From NCBI GenBank assembly GCA_016933055.1, contig JAFGBS010000014.1:60001-92000 (forward strand): a DNA stretch of 32,000 nucleotides, in the 5' to 3' direction. This document shows, piece by piece, positions 1 through 9,485 of the stretch; within the stretch, counting starts at the first letter, position 1; every line of letters begins with the position of its first letter. Below the pieces are notes generated by a model. That model saw only the letters and a list, made by a program, of their open reading frames with translations, did not search any database and was not told the origin of the DNA. Source of the stretch: Promethearchaeota archaeon (GTDB taxonomy: Archaea; Asgardarchaeota; Lokiarchaeia; Sigyniarchaeales; Promethearchaeaceae). Both the position numbers and the translations under genes were made by a program.

Positions 1-116
1 TATCTGCAATAAGCTTCAATCTAAAAAATAAAAATGTGTATCAAATCAAATCTGAATTATAAAATTTTTACTCAGTTTTCGGTTTTTAAGGGAAAAGAGG
101 AAATTATTTTTTTCCA

Positions 117-746
117 TCAATGAAATAATGCTTTAATATGACGCACACCCTCAACAGCATCATCAGCATAATCGTCCGCACCTAATTTCTTTGCTAATTC
201 CATATTTAAAGGGGCTCCACCAGCGATTATTTTTACTTTATCCCGTAACCCCTCCTTTTTCAAAACTTGATCAACCGTGGATATTTCTTCAACTGTCATA
301 GTAAGTAAAGAAGACATCGCTATTACTTTCGCTCCTGTCTCTTTCACCGTTTGTACAACTTTATCTTCATGTACATCCATGCCAAGATCGATAACTTCAA
401 ATCCTGCACTTAATAATAATGAAGCTAATATGTTCTTACCAATATCGTGATTATCTCCCTTTACGGTGAGAGTAATTACCTTATTCTTATTTCCTTGATC
501 TCCAGCTTTCAAATGGGGTTGAAGGATTGCAAAGGCTTCTTTCATAGTCTCACCAGCAAGAACTAACTCTGTCAGATAATACTCTTGTGTTTCATATAGA
601 CGACCTACTTCATCCATACCTTCTGTAAGCGCACTTAAGACTTCTTGAGCTTTTAGACCAGAATCTAATGCAGCTTGCACTTTCCCAGCAATCTCATCGA
701 TGTCCAATTCGATAAGAGTTTGTTTTAACTCTTCTGTTATCGACAT
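117..746 (-). CDS. Corrinoid (cobalamin-binding) protein of the MtbC/MttC/MtaC methyltransferase family
   Basis: N-terminal helical cap (GMDEVGRLYETQEYYLTELVLAGETMK) plus B12-binding domain with DxHxxG (GDNHDIGKNIL), SSL and GGAP motifs; 209 aa. Confidence 0.93.
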   Translation of the reverse strand: MSITEELKQTLIELDIDEIAGKVQAALDSGLKAQEVLSALTEGMDEVGRLYETQEYYLTELVLAGETMKEAFAILQPHLKAGDQGNKNKVITLTVKGDNHDIGKNILASLLLSAGFEVIDLGMDVHEDKVVQTVKETGAKVIAMSSLLTMTVEEISTVDQVLKKEGLRDKVKIIAGGAPLNMELAKKLGADDYADDAVEGVRHIKALFH

Positions 747-768
747 AAATCTATTTTGATTCTGTTAG

Positions 769-783
769 TTAAAAAGGTTTTTC
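769..783 (-). promoter_or_regulatory. Putative BRE/TATA promoter of the corrinoid gene (probably leaderless)
   Basis: Minus strand reads AAAAACC-TTTTTAA, ending about 23 nt upstream of the ATG at 746. Confidence 0.55.
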
Positions 784-901
784 GATCCGGGATTTAGAGA
801 GTTACTTAGCTGAAGATAATTTCCCGAAAATTCTCCTCAATTTTGAATCCCAATTAGTAAAACAAGATATCCATAATAATGGAGATTACCCAATTAATTA
901 T

Positions 902-1519
902 ATGAAACGAAAGAGAAAAGTGGGTTTGATTATCGGAATTGTTCTTTTAATTATAATTCCAGGAATGGGGGGATACGTAATGTGGAAAATCACCCCTTAC
1001 CACTGGTCTAATGAAAGAGTTCAGATCTGTTTTCCAATTTCCGAGATCATTTGCATTCAGAACATTCAAGGATATGGGGAAACTTATTGTAATGATTTCC
1101 ACAATGGGATTGACTTAGGCACTAATCAAAGTGTCGAATTAATTGCATGGTGTGATATGCGCATTACGTACTTAAAAACTTGGTACAACGAAAAAGGGGG
1201 TCATTGGCAAACCAATATCCTTGGGAAATATAATTGGAAATACACTTTTGATGTAGCAGTTGAATCGTGGGCTTTAAATGAAACTTATGCTTACATTCAA
1301 AGGAATGCACTTGATCTGAAAGTGGGCCAAATAATTAAGCAAGGGGAGTCAATAGGAATGTTACTATATCATGGAGAGGGAACCCACATTCATTTTGGAA
1401 TGAAGGAAAGCGGTAAAAATGTTTGTCCCTACCTTTTTATGACTCCATTTGCTCAATCAGTCGTGGACCAACTTTGGTTTCTATATGGTGAATCAGGAGA
1501 AGACATATGTGATCAATAA
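902..1519 (+). CDS. Membrane-anchored M23-family (LytM-like) zinc metallopeptidase
   Basis: Basic N-terminus plus hydrophobic segment (aa 7-27); HxxxD (H67-NGI-D71); LKVGQIIKQGESIG; HxH (H162-I-H164). Confidence 0.75.
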   Translation: MKRKRKVGLIIGIVLLIIIPGMGGYVMWKITPYHWSNERVQICFPISEIICIQNIQGYGETYCNDFHNGIDLGTNQSVELIAWCDMRITYLKTWYNEKGGHWQTNILGKYNWKYTFDVAVESWALNETYAYIQRNALDLKVGQIIKQGESIGMLLYHGEGTHIHFGMKESGKNVCPYLFMTPFAQSVVDQLWFLYGESGEDICDQ

Positions 1520-1575
1520 TGGTCACTTAAGAAACCGAAAACCTCATAATTTATTTTTTTTTACCTTTAAACAAA

Positions 1576-3375
1576 ATGAAGCCGAAAAATGGATTACATT
1601 GGATAATAAAATATCATTTAAAATTTCCATTGAAGACATTTTATACTTATTTTACTGCAATTCTTGAAGTCGTTCTATTCACCTTTCCCATACGAATTAG
1701 TGCAAGGGTAATTAACCAAGTGATTGAGGGGGGAGGATTTACCATAGAGATCCGACAAGACATCTTTTTTCTCCTTGGACTTGCGTTCATTCAAGCAATT
1801 ATTTTCTTCTCGATATCTTTTATAAACGAGATTCTTGCTCATAGAATAACTACAGATATGACTCAAGAGTTTTTTGAGACACTCCAATACCGCAGTCTGA
1901 CCTACCATGATAAACAAGATGTAGGAAATATCATGGCAATAGCAACGGGAGATACCAGAACAATTAATATTGCCCTCAGTCCAGCCACCCGATTTGTATT
2001 TTCAGTCATTTCAGTCTGGGTTCTTAATTTAATCAACGCTTTTCGGGTTCATTGGTCATTAGGTATCATCGGTGTTGTAATTTGTATTCTATTTTACTAT
2101 TCTAGCATAATTTATGCAAAAAAATTAGCCCCCTATGCTAGCAACACAAGGCAACAATTCAGCAATGTCTCCCAAATGACATCCAGTTCACTAGAAGGGA
2201 TACGAGAAATCAAAGGATTTCGATCTGAACTTTGGGCTAAAAGAAGGTTTATAAAAACAAGTAATGCATTACAAGACGCTGAAATTAGAGAGGGAAAAAA
2301 GGCAGCATGGTTTTATCCCCATTTATTTGTTACGCTATATACTGCCTCTGTTATTGCGCTTTCTCTGTTCTTTGCTTCCCAGAGCAATCCAGTATTACCC
2401 ACCGTGAATCTAGAACAAATTATGGTTATTTCTGGTTACATCTTAATGTTGACAGGAATCTGTGGGGAGTTTGATTGGGCTATGTCTTTTATCGTTAGAG
2501 CAAAAGCTGCTGCGGATCGGCTATATAATATCATATATGATTCAGATCTTGGAGAATTTCAAGAAGGCGAAAAATCCCTTGATACGACTTCCACCGATTT
2601 AGAGTTTCGAAATGTGAGTTTTAAGTACTCACCACATGAGCCATTTGTTTTGAAAGACATTTCTTTTAAAATTCGGGAGAATCAAACTGTAGCAATAGTG
2701 GGGGGACCTGGTTCTGGAAAATCTACGTTAACAAAACTCATTCAACGCTTATATTTACCAACGGAGGGAGAGATCCTTATTGGTAATACTTCAATTACTG
2801 ATTTCACAAACCAATCATTACGCAAAGCAATAAGCACAGTTGAGCAAGATATTTTCCTATTTAACTTACCAGTTAAGGATAACATCCGCTTCGGCAAACC
2901 TGAAGCTTCTGATAAGATGGTTATTGATGCTGCAAAACTTGCAGAAGCACACGAATTTATCATGGAAATGCCAGAACAATATGACACATTAATTGGAGAA
3001 AGGGGAGTGCGTCTATCGGGAGGACAAGCTCAACGAATTTCAATTGCTCGAGCTCTGCTAATCAATCCAAAAATACTGATAATGGATGACGCAGCAGCCG
3101 CATTGGATGCAAAAACCGAAATAAAGATACAAAAGGCTATTACAACAATTCTGAAAACAAGAACGACAATCATTACCACTCATCGTCTTGCAATAATTAG
3201 CAAAGCTGATAAGGTAATTATACTAGATAAGGGCAAAATCGTTGGAATGGGAAGCCATGAAGAACTGATAAGAAGAAATCACTTTTACCGCCGACTTTTT
3301 GAACAACATTATGAATTACCATCATTAGAAGCAGCTCATGAAGAACTTCTGGAGCAAGGGGGGAGGATATTCTGA
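1576..3375 (+). CDS. ABC exporter half-transporter (TMD+NBD), subunit carrying the degenerate Walker B
   Basis: N-terminal TM domain; Walker A GGPGSGKST; LSGGQ signature; Walker B ILIMDD (Asp in place of catalytic Glu); H-loop THRL. Confidence 0.93.
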   Translation: MKPKNGLHWIIKYHLKFPLKTFYTYFTAILEVVLFTFPIRISARVINQVIEGGGFTIEIRQDIFFLLGLAFIQAIIFFSISFINEILAHRITTDMTQEFFETLQYRSLTYHDKQDVGNIMAIATGDTRTINIALSPATRFVFSVISVWVLNLINAFRVHWSLGIIGVVICILFYYSSIIYAKKLAPYASNTRQQFSNVSQMTSSSLEGIREIKGFRSELWAKRRFIKTSNALQDAEIREGKKAAWFYPHLFVTLYTASVIALSLFFASQSNPVLPTVNLEQIMVISGYILMLTGICGEFDWAMSFIVRAKAAADRLYNIIYDSDLGEFQEGEKSLDTTSTDLEFRNVSFKYSPHEPFVLKDISFKIRENQTVAIVGGPGSGKSTLTKLIQRLYLPTEGEILIGNTSITDFTNQSLRKAISTVEQDIFLFNLPVKDNIRFGKPEASDKMVIDAAKLAEAHEFIMEMPEQYDTLIGERGVRLSGGQAQRISIARALLINPKILIMDDAAAALDAKTEIKIQKAITTILKTRTTIITTHRLAIISKADKVIILDKGKIVGMGSHEELIRRNHFYRRLFEQHYELPSLEAAHEELLEQGGRIF

Positions 3376-3437
3376 ATAAGAAAAACCAGAAAAAGAAAGA
3401 AGAAGAAAGAACTCATACGGACAAGGAACTTCTCCAG

Positions 3438-5180
3438 ATGTTATGGAGATATGTAAAACCGTATAATAGTATGTTCAATAAACTGGTGATCTTAGTTCTT
3501 GTTAATGTAAGTTTTGGAGTTATCGCACCAATTCTATTTAAACAAGCAATGGAACTTGTAGAACAATCAGAAACAGTCGCAATACGCTATATTCTTCCTT
3601 TTCTAATCGCATATTTTATAATTCGTGTATCCGAATGGTTCTCTCGGGTATTGCAGAGGTATTTTAGCTATCAATTCAATTCAAGGATAACTAACAGTAT
3701 ACGAAAGCATGTGTTTGGAGACATATTATCTAATAAGCTGGATTTTTTTCATAAAACCGAATCAGGAAGATTAACCAGCACGATAACGAATGACGTTCAG
3801 GAATTGTACGACACAGGCGATAGATTCGTATATATTGCCACAAATCTGATTCGATTATTTGTGATTCTGGGAATACTGTTTTATTTTTCCCGTTGGCTTA
3901 CATTTGCATCTCTTTTGTTTCTTCCTTTGGTATTTATTATCGTGTTCATCATGAGGAAATATACCCGTAGAGTGAGTAGAAAATGGCGGAAAAATTTTGC
4001 AATAGTAAATCAAAATTTCAGTGAATCAATGAGATCGATTCAGATTTGCAAGGCATTTAATCAAGAGCAAAAAAATATATCTCGCATGAGAGAACTCAAT
4101 GAAGAGACATACCGATCATCTGTGAAGAGAGGTTTTGCGATTTTTATTATTGGACCCATTAATGATTTTTTTCGGCACATCCTAACTATTATTATTCTTG
4201 TGGTCGGTACGATGGAGTATAACAACCGGAGTAATTTTTCGGTTTCCGCGTTTTTTTTATTCATATTCCTTTTGGATTATTATTACTATCCCATTTTAGC
4301 ACTTGCACGGAACGTGAGTTCATTCCAGAGTGCTTTTGCAATCCTAGATCGTATCTTAAAAATAACTGAAGATCAGAATATCAAGGAAGAAGATAGTGCT
4401 GGTTTCAGAGCATCAAGTTTTAAAGGTGAGATAGAATTCAAGGGTGTAACTTTTTCTTACATTCCAGATAGTCCAGTCATTAAAAATATTTCGTTTAAAC
4501 TACAGCCCGGACAAAGAATAGCACTTGTTGGGCATACGGGTTCCGGAAAAACTACAATTGCATCACTGCTTCTAAGGTTTTATGATGTAGACACAGGAGA
4601 AATCTTGTTAGATGGTAAAAACATCCAGTCTTATGACCTAGATAATCTGAGAAAAAAAATAGGCTTAGTAAATCAACGTGTTCTTCTAATTCAAGGAACC
4701 ATTCGGGATAATTTGATCCTGGGCAATCCCAATGCGACGGATGAAGATATTTGGCAAGCTTTGGATGCAGTTCAGGCGAGAGAATTTATTGAATCAATTG
4801 GGCTAGATTTTGAGGTATCGGATGATGGTAAAAACCTGTCAGCAGGACAGCGTCAAATGGTCTCCTATGCAAGAGTATTATTGACTAATCCAGAAATAAT
4901 TGTGGCTGATGAAGCAACATCGGCTGTAGATTTGTACACAGAATCTAAAATACAGGATGCAACCGATATTTTATTAGAAGGGAGGTCAAGTATTGTAATA
5001 GCTCACCGTTTAACCACAATCCTTAAAAGTGATAAAATTATTGTGATAAAAGACGGAGAAATCGTACAACAAGGCACTCATAACGAATTAAGTAAAATTT
5101 TCGGACCATATCAAGAGATGTATCAATTATACTTTCAAACTCAGTCAGCTAAATACTTAGAAGTTATCAAAACTAGTTAA
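3438..5180 (+). CDS. ABC exporter half-transporter (TMD+NBD), partner subunit; true start may be CTG at 3372
   Basis: TM domain; Walker A GHTGSGKTT; LSAGQ signature; Walker B IIVADE; H-loop AHRL; frame open upstream to 3342. Confidence 0.93.
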   Translation: MLWRYVKPYNSMFNKLVILVLVNVSFGVIAPILFKQAMELVEQSETVAIRYILPFLIAYFIIRVSEWFSRVLQRYFSYQFNSRITNSIRKHVFGDILSNKLDFFHKTESGRLTSTITNDVQELYDTGDRFVYIATNLIRLFVILGILFYFSRWLTFASLLFLPLVFIIVFIMRKYTRRVSRKWRKNFAIVNQNFSESMRSIQICKAFNQEQKNISRMRELNEETYRSSVKRGFAIFIIGPINDFFRHILTIIILVVGTMEYNNRSNFSVSAFFLFIFLLDYYYYPILALARNVSSFQSAFAILDRILKITEDQNIKEEDSAGFRASSFKGEIEFKGVTFSYIPDSPVIKNISFKLQPGQRIALVGHTGSGKTTIASLLLRFYDVDTGEILLDGKNIQSYDLDNLRKKIGLVNQRVLLIQGTIRDNLILGNPNATDEDIWQALDAVQAREFIESIGLDFEVSDDGKNLSAGQRQMVSYARVLLTNPEIIVADEATSAVDLYTESKIQDATDILLEGRSSIVIAHRLTTILKSDKIIVIKDGEIVQQGTHNELSKIFGPYQEMYQLYFQTQSAKYLEVIKTS

Positions 5181-5216
5181 ACAGTATGAAAGAAACCTTC
5201 TGAATAAGAAATTTTA

Positions 5217-6197
5217 CTAAGAAGGAATAACTTTTCGCAATTCATCCTTCTTTTTCATACGATCTAGCCCAAATTGTTTAAGATCTTTTGCACGCATTCT
5301 GAGTGTTACTTCAGTAATATGGGATAATTTCGCTATCTCGTTTTGTGTTCGATTTTCTCCCAGTAACTTAGATGCCGTATAAATTGCTGCTGCTGCTAAT
5401 CCTTTTGGGTCTTTTCCCTCAGTTGGCATCCCATTTTCTTTTGCGATTTTTAATAATTCAATAGCTTTATTACGAGTATCCATACTGAGTTTTAATTCTT
5501 CAATGAATTTATCTATATATCGAATTGCACCAAAGTGTTTTATTTTTACACCCATTTCTGGTAAAATTTTTAACAAAATTAAGCGATAACTCTTAATTAC
5601 ATTTTTTTTAGGTAATTCTGCAATGTCGAGAATTTCCTCGATAGTCCTCGGAATTTCGTGAATCCGAAGTGCAGCAAAAATAGAAGCTGCTAATAATGTA
5701 TCTATACTTCGTCCCATAGTTAATTTCTTTTTGACAGCATTAGTATAGATTCTGAGGGCATCTTCTTCTACAGCATCAGGAAGGTTAAGTCGTTCCTTTA
5801 ATCTCTGGAGATTTGGTAAAGCTATCCACAAGTTGCGTTCGTAGGAAGTAGTAAGAGAACGATGGATTTTTGCCAAACGATGGTATTTTTGCTTTCCCCT
5901 GGGGGATAACAGACTACCTTTAGCATCCGTATTTCCTTGAATTACTGTACGAGGCCCAATGGGGCTATAAACGGGTTCCGCAGATTTTCGTTTCGCGATT
6001 TCATCCTGTGTGAAAGCTCGTCGTGGAGAAGAATCTAATACTTGTTCATCGTATACCATGCCACAATTTAAGCATACGAAAAATCCATCTTGCTCCTTGA
6101 TAAGAGGTTCATCGCAACATGGATTATCAATGATATAATTATTCTCCTTCTTATCGAGTTTTGGTGATTTTTTTTTCGATGGAGGGTTGTCTGTCAT
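5217..6197 (-). CDS. tfb: Transcription initiation factor IIB (TFB), divergent paralog; alternative GTG start at 6215
   Basis: Zn ribbon ending CLNCG; two cyclin repeats (LTMGRSID, IPRTIEEI, GKDPKGLAAAAIY); C-terminal HTH RTQNEIA...ITEVTLRMR. Confidence 0.93.
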   Translation of the reverse strand: MTDNPPSKKKSPKLDKKENNYIIDNPCCDEPLIKEQDGFFVCLNCGMVYDEQVLDSSPRRAFTQDEIAKRKSAEPVYSPIGPRTVIQGNTDAKGSLLSPRGKQKYHRLAKIHRSLTTSYERNLWIALPNLQRLKERLNLPDAVEEDALRIYTNAVKKKLTMGRSIDTLLAASIFAALRIHEIPRTIEEILDIAELPKKNVIKSYRLILLKILPEMGVKIKHFGAIRYIDKFIEELKLSMDTRNKAIELLKIAKENGMPTEGKDPKGLAAAAIYTASKLLGENRTQNEIAKLSHITEVTLRMRAKDLKQFGLDRMKKKDELRKVIPS

Positions 6198-6220
6198 AGT
6201 AGTATTTTCCTTCACACAGA

Positions 6221-6274
6221 TTGAAACGTATTGAACTTGAATACGTAAATTTTAAAGTTTTGTTGAAACGCATT
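6221..6274. promoter_or_regulatory. tfb promoter: TATA-like TTTAAA (6251-6256), 7-7-7 inverted repeat and flanking 12-bp direct repeat
   Basis: ACGTATT (6226-6232)-N7-AATACGT (6240-6246); TTGAAACGTATT (6221-6232) and TTGAAACGCATT (6263-6274). Confidence 0.5.
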
Positions 6275-6383
6275 TTTTGTTTGTTATTCTTGATTCAATA
6301 TGGAATTTTTCTCCTTAAAAATAGTTCCATACATAATATCACTGGTTTAATATATTCTGAGATCCACAGTTAGATTACTCTTA

Positions 6384-9197
6384 TCAACTGGGTTGATATT
6401 TTTTTGCTACACGTCGCCAATAATCTGCAAACATGGATGAAATGTGTGTGACCATTGGAGATAATTCCGACATAATTGCTGTAGTTTCATCCTCTTTAGG
6501 AGCAACTGGGGCTATTAAAATCTCTTCATTATCATGGTATGCAGCAAAAAAATCTTTTTGTGTATAGGAATATAATTCTATACCACTTTCATATGCTTGA
6601 TTGACTAAATTTATATCTTTCACAGTGTCCAAATTCGTGCAAATAATGAATTTTCTTCCCTTTTTATGGATCTCCATGATTAGTTTCCAATTTAAATCTT
6701 CAAATTTGGGTACTAAAAGAAAAACTGATGCTTTAGATCGTGAAATCATATCTTCTATATGTAGCTTTATCATTTCTTCTCCCGTAATGATCCAAGATTT
6801 CTCAGCATCGAACAATTTACTATCAACAAGGTTTTTCCAAATATCTTTCATCATTTCCCTTGGCTGATTGAGAGTATCAGCCGCTGAGTTTACGGTTTCT
6901 TCCAAACTGTTACGTATCTGTGTTAATTTTGCAAATAAATCCGTTTGAAAGTTCTGACCGATTTCTTGTACCGTATTTTCAATTTGTTTAGAAATTAGAT
7001 TCGATGATTCATTTATTTGCTGGAAAGAATTTTCCATTTTTGTGTGAATATTATTTACCGTTGAATGTATAGAATCTTCAACATATTGGATTTTGCTCTG
7101 TAATTCAGTTGAAGTGTCATCTACTGAACTGGAAAATGCATCTTTTATGTCTTGAGTATTAGAAATAAATGTGTTTTTCATGTCTTCAATTAAATGCACA
7201 ATTTCTTCTTTGGTCGAATTAATGGTTTCTGTATTTTGTTCAAAAAGAGCTGTGATGTTAGGATTTAATCCCATTTCAAAGTGGTTAATGGTGTCCTTCA
7301 TTGCTTCACTAGCCTTATCCAAAGAAAAACTGGCATTTTGAGCTAAAATTTCCAATATTTGTTTATTTTTCTTCATGTTTTCTTTAATTATTGTGTCTTG
7401 GTTTTCAATGGTTTGTTGGGCTAGTTCCCGAATTTTATTAATTCTTTCATCTACTGTTTGGAGTAGTTTGCTAGATTCTGTTTTTAAGCTTTCATCGATG
7501 AGTTTTGCAATCTCATCAATATCTAATAACAAAAGTTTGCTGTTCTGTTTTAAAATATCTAATGTAGAATTAAAAGAACCTTCTGCTTGACCCGAATTTT
7601 CAGTATATATATTTCCAATAGATTTTAATGCTGTTTCGTAGCCTTTTTGTAAAATAGAGCGAAATTCTGAACTGATATTATCGCTAGTATCCGAAATTTT
7701 TGTTTTTATGTCTTCATTGAATGTAGTATACAAGTTCGATTGCGTGGATGTGAATTCCACATTTTTCTGATTTAATTGGTCCAAATTTCTCTTTAATGAT
7801 CCTTGAAAATCAACTAACTTATCATTTATGTTGTTCTTGAAGGTGTTTTCATAAGCTTTTCCAGTTTCCTCCATCCGCTTTATGTATTCATTTTGAATTT
7901 TATTGAGTTCCGTAATTACCTCACTTTTAAATTTAGTGATTTCGTCGTGTATTGATTTTCCGATTACGGATTTTAACTGGGTGCTGCCCTCATTTATGGA
8001 ACTAATCGTATCATTGAGAATCTTTGAAAACATCTCACCCCAGTCTTTATGGGAATCCTGAATTGAAGATAATGAATCCTTAACGAGAGAATCAGTTTTA
8101 CTTAATAAATCTGATTGGACTTTAGTCATTTGGTTTGAAGTGGAACTCATCAAATCGGTTACTTGGGATCGAATTTTTTCCTTTAATTCATTTTGCTGAG
8201 CTCCTAAAGCGTTGATAAGTTGTTCTTCTGTATTTTGCACTTCTGCATAAGTATTGTCAAAATTCTTCTTGATTTCCCCACTCGAGTTAGAAAACATGGT
8301 ATTCGAGGTTTTTATAACACTATCTAATGTATTTTTTGAGATGTCTTCAGCATTTCGAATTGCTTGAGCAATAGTTTCCGCAGAATTTTCTACATTTTCT
8401 TTTAATACTTGTTGTGCCTCGATACTAATTTTCTCCATTTTTTCGTCCATTCGTTCCGCTTGCTCGGATACTAGACCTTTCGTCTTAGTAAGAGATTCAT
8501 CTATCACTAGTTGTTGGTTCACAAAGAACTTGGATAGATCATTTTGACGGAGATTAATTTTCTCTTTATAATTTTTGACCAGTGTTTGGGTTTGATCTGA
8601 ATAATACGATTGGGAATCAATCAATTTTTTATCAAAATCCTCAACAGAAGTATTAATTTTGGTATCAAATGCATCGATTTGGGTATTCTTGGTAGCATTT
8701 AATTGGTCTTCTACAGATTTCTTTAGTTCTTGCAGGATTTTATCCATCTCTTGAGCCGTATTGTTTATATCACCGCTTGCAGTCTGTTTTATTTCTTTAA
8801 TTTTTTCATTTAATGATGCGATGGAGGAGGTAATAGCAGATTGAGTATTTTCAGATATTGAACTACTCGCAATTTTTTGATTCTTAGTAATTTCGTGTAA
8901 TTTTTTCACAATTTCTGATTTTTCAGTTTCAAATTTATCCAAGTAGTTTAAATATTCCTTAATCGGAGTGAGAGGAATGTAGCGAGGAACAATACCAGGC
9001 AGTTTTTTGAGTAACTTCTTTTGCTCTAACTTCTTTAAATAATCATCTATTTTTTTAACGGGTTTCTTTATTTTGAGAGAAGTAACCATGGATAATGTTA
9101 TATATCCCCTTAGCAATGCCAGTTCATAAATTTGTATTTCCTCATCACTCAAATCTTTAAATAGGGTATTTAAATCAGTTTTCATAGATTCTACCAT
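6384..9197 (-). CDS. Giant TrmB-like protein: N-terminal wHTH, ~700-aa helical insert, C-terminal TrmB/PLD-like domain
   Basis: LSDEEIQIY...LKKLEQKKLLKKLPGIVPRYIPLTP resembles the TrmB wHTH; C-terminus (IEDMISRSKASVFL...HDNEEILIA...MFADYW) resembles the TrmB effector domain; middle shows 11-residue amphipathic periodicity. Confidence 0.65.
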   Translation of the reverse strand: MVESMKTDLNTLFKDLSDEEIQIYELALLRGYITLSMVTSLKIKKPVKKIDDYLKKLEQKKLLKKLPGIVPRYIPLTPIKEYLNYLDKFETEKSEIVKKLHEITKNQKIASSSISENTQSAITSSIASLNEKIKEIKQTASGDINNTAQEMDKILQELKKSVEDQLNATKNTQIDAFDTKINTSVEDFDKKLIDSQSYYSDQTQTLVKNYKEKINLRQNDLSKFFVNQQLVIDESLTKTKGLVSEQAERMDEKMEKISIEAQQVLKENVENSAETIAQAIRNAEDISKNTLDSVIKTSNTMFSNSSGEIKKNFDNTYAEVQNTEEQLINALGAQQNELKEKIRSQVTDLMSSTSNQMTKVQSDLLSKTDSLVKDSLSSIQDSHKDWGEMFSKILNDTISSINEGSTQLKSVIGKSIHDEITKFKSEVITELNKIQNEYIKRMEETGKAYENTFKNNINDKLVDFQGSLKRNLDQLNQKNVEFTSTQSNLYTTFNEDIKTKISDTSDNISSEFRSILQKGYETALKSIGNIYTENSGQAEGSFNSTLDILKQNSKLLLLDIDEIAKLIDESLKTESSKLLQTVDERINKIRELAQQTIENQDTIIKENMKKNKQILEILAQNASFSLDKASEAMKDTINHFEMGLNPNITALFEQNTETINSTKEEIVHLIEDMKNTFISNTQDIKDAFSSSVDDTSTELQSKIQYVEDSIHSTVNNIHTKMENSFQQINESSNLISKQIENTVQEIGQNFQTDLFAKLTQIRNSLEETVNSAADTLNQPREMMKDIWKNLVDSKLFDAEKSWIITGEEMIKLHIEDMISRSKASVFLLVPKFEDLNWKLIMEIHKKGRKFIICTNLDTVKDINLVNQAYESGIELYSYTQKDFFAAYHDNEEILIAPVAPKEDETTAIMSELSPMVTHISSMFADYWRRVAKKYQPS

Positions 9198-9442
9198 TTT
9201 TTACCTAAACTCCATTTAGCTAAGTTTCTAATATTAACATGTAGTTTAATTTTTTACCTATTACTGTGAGTAAAACCTCTTCATTAAAGTTTATTTTTTT
9301 CTTAGAAATAAGATATATCAATAGTATTATAAAAGATTACAGAATTAGAGTAAATTTAAAAAGGGTTTATAATCTAATATTAGCAATTTTTATATATCTT
9401 AGTGTTCAATCTTAATAGAAAACTAGTTTATGTACAGCAGAA

Positions 9443-9460
9443 GAAAGTATTTATATATAA
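9443..9460 (+). promoter_or_regulatory. Putative BRE/TATA promoter of the 9486 ORF
   Basis: GAAAG followed by TATTTATATATAA; TTTATATA (9450-9457) lies about 28 nt before the ATG at 9486. Confidence 0.55.
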
Positions 9461-9485
9461 TTTCGAGTAGAATAAAGGGAAAACC

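Noticed and set aside
6338-6356. TATCAC half-site resembling the Thermococcales TrmBL1 (TGM) operator
   Set aside because: The second half-site GTGATA is absent at the 5-nt spacing
6384-9197. SMC-like or PLD nuclease label for the giant protein
   Set aside because: No Walker A/B motifs or hinge, and the C-terminal PLD-like domain lacks HxK(x4)D
9198-9485. Very AT-rich region with short palindromes (CTAATATTAG, AAACTAGTTT) as a possible replication origin
   Set aside because: No ORB-like repeats or cdc6/orc1 nearby; divergent promoters explain it, and 10-bp AT palindromes are expected by chance
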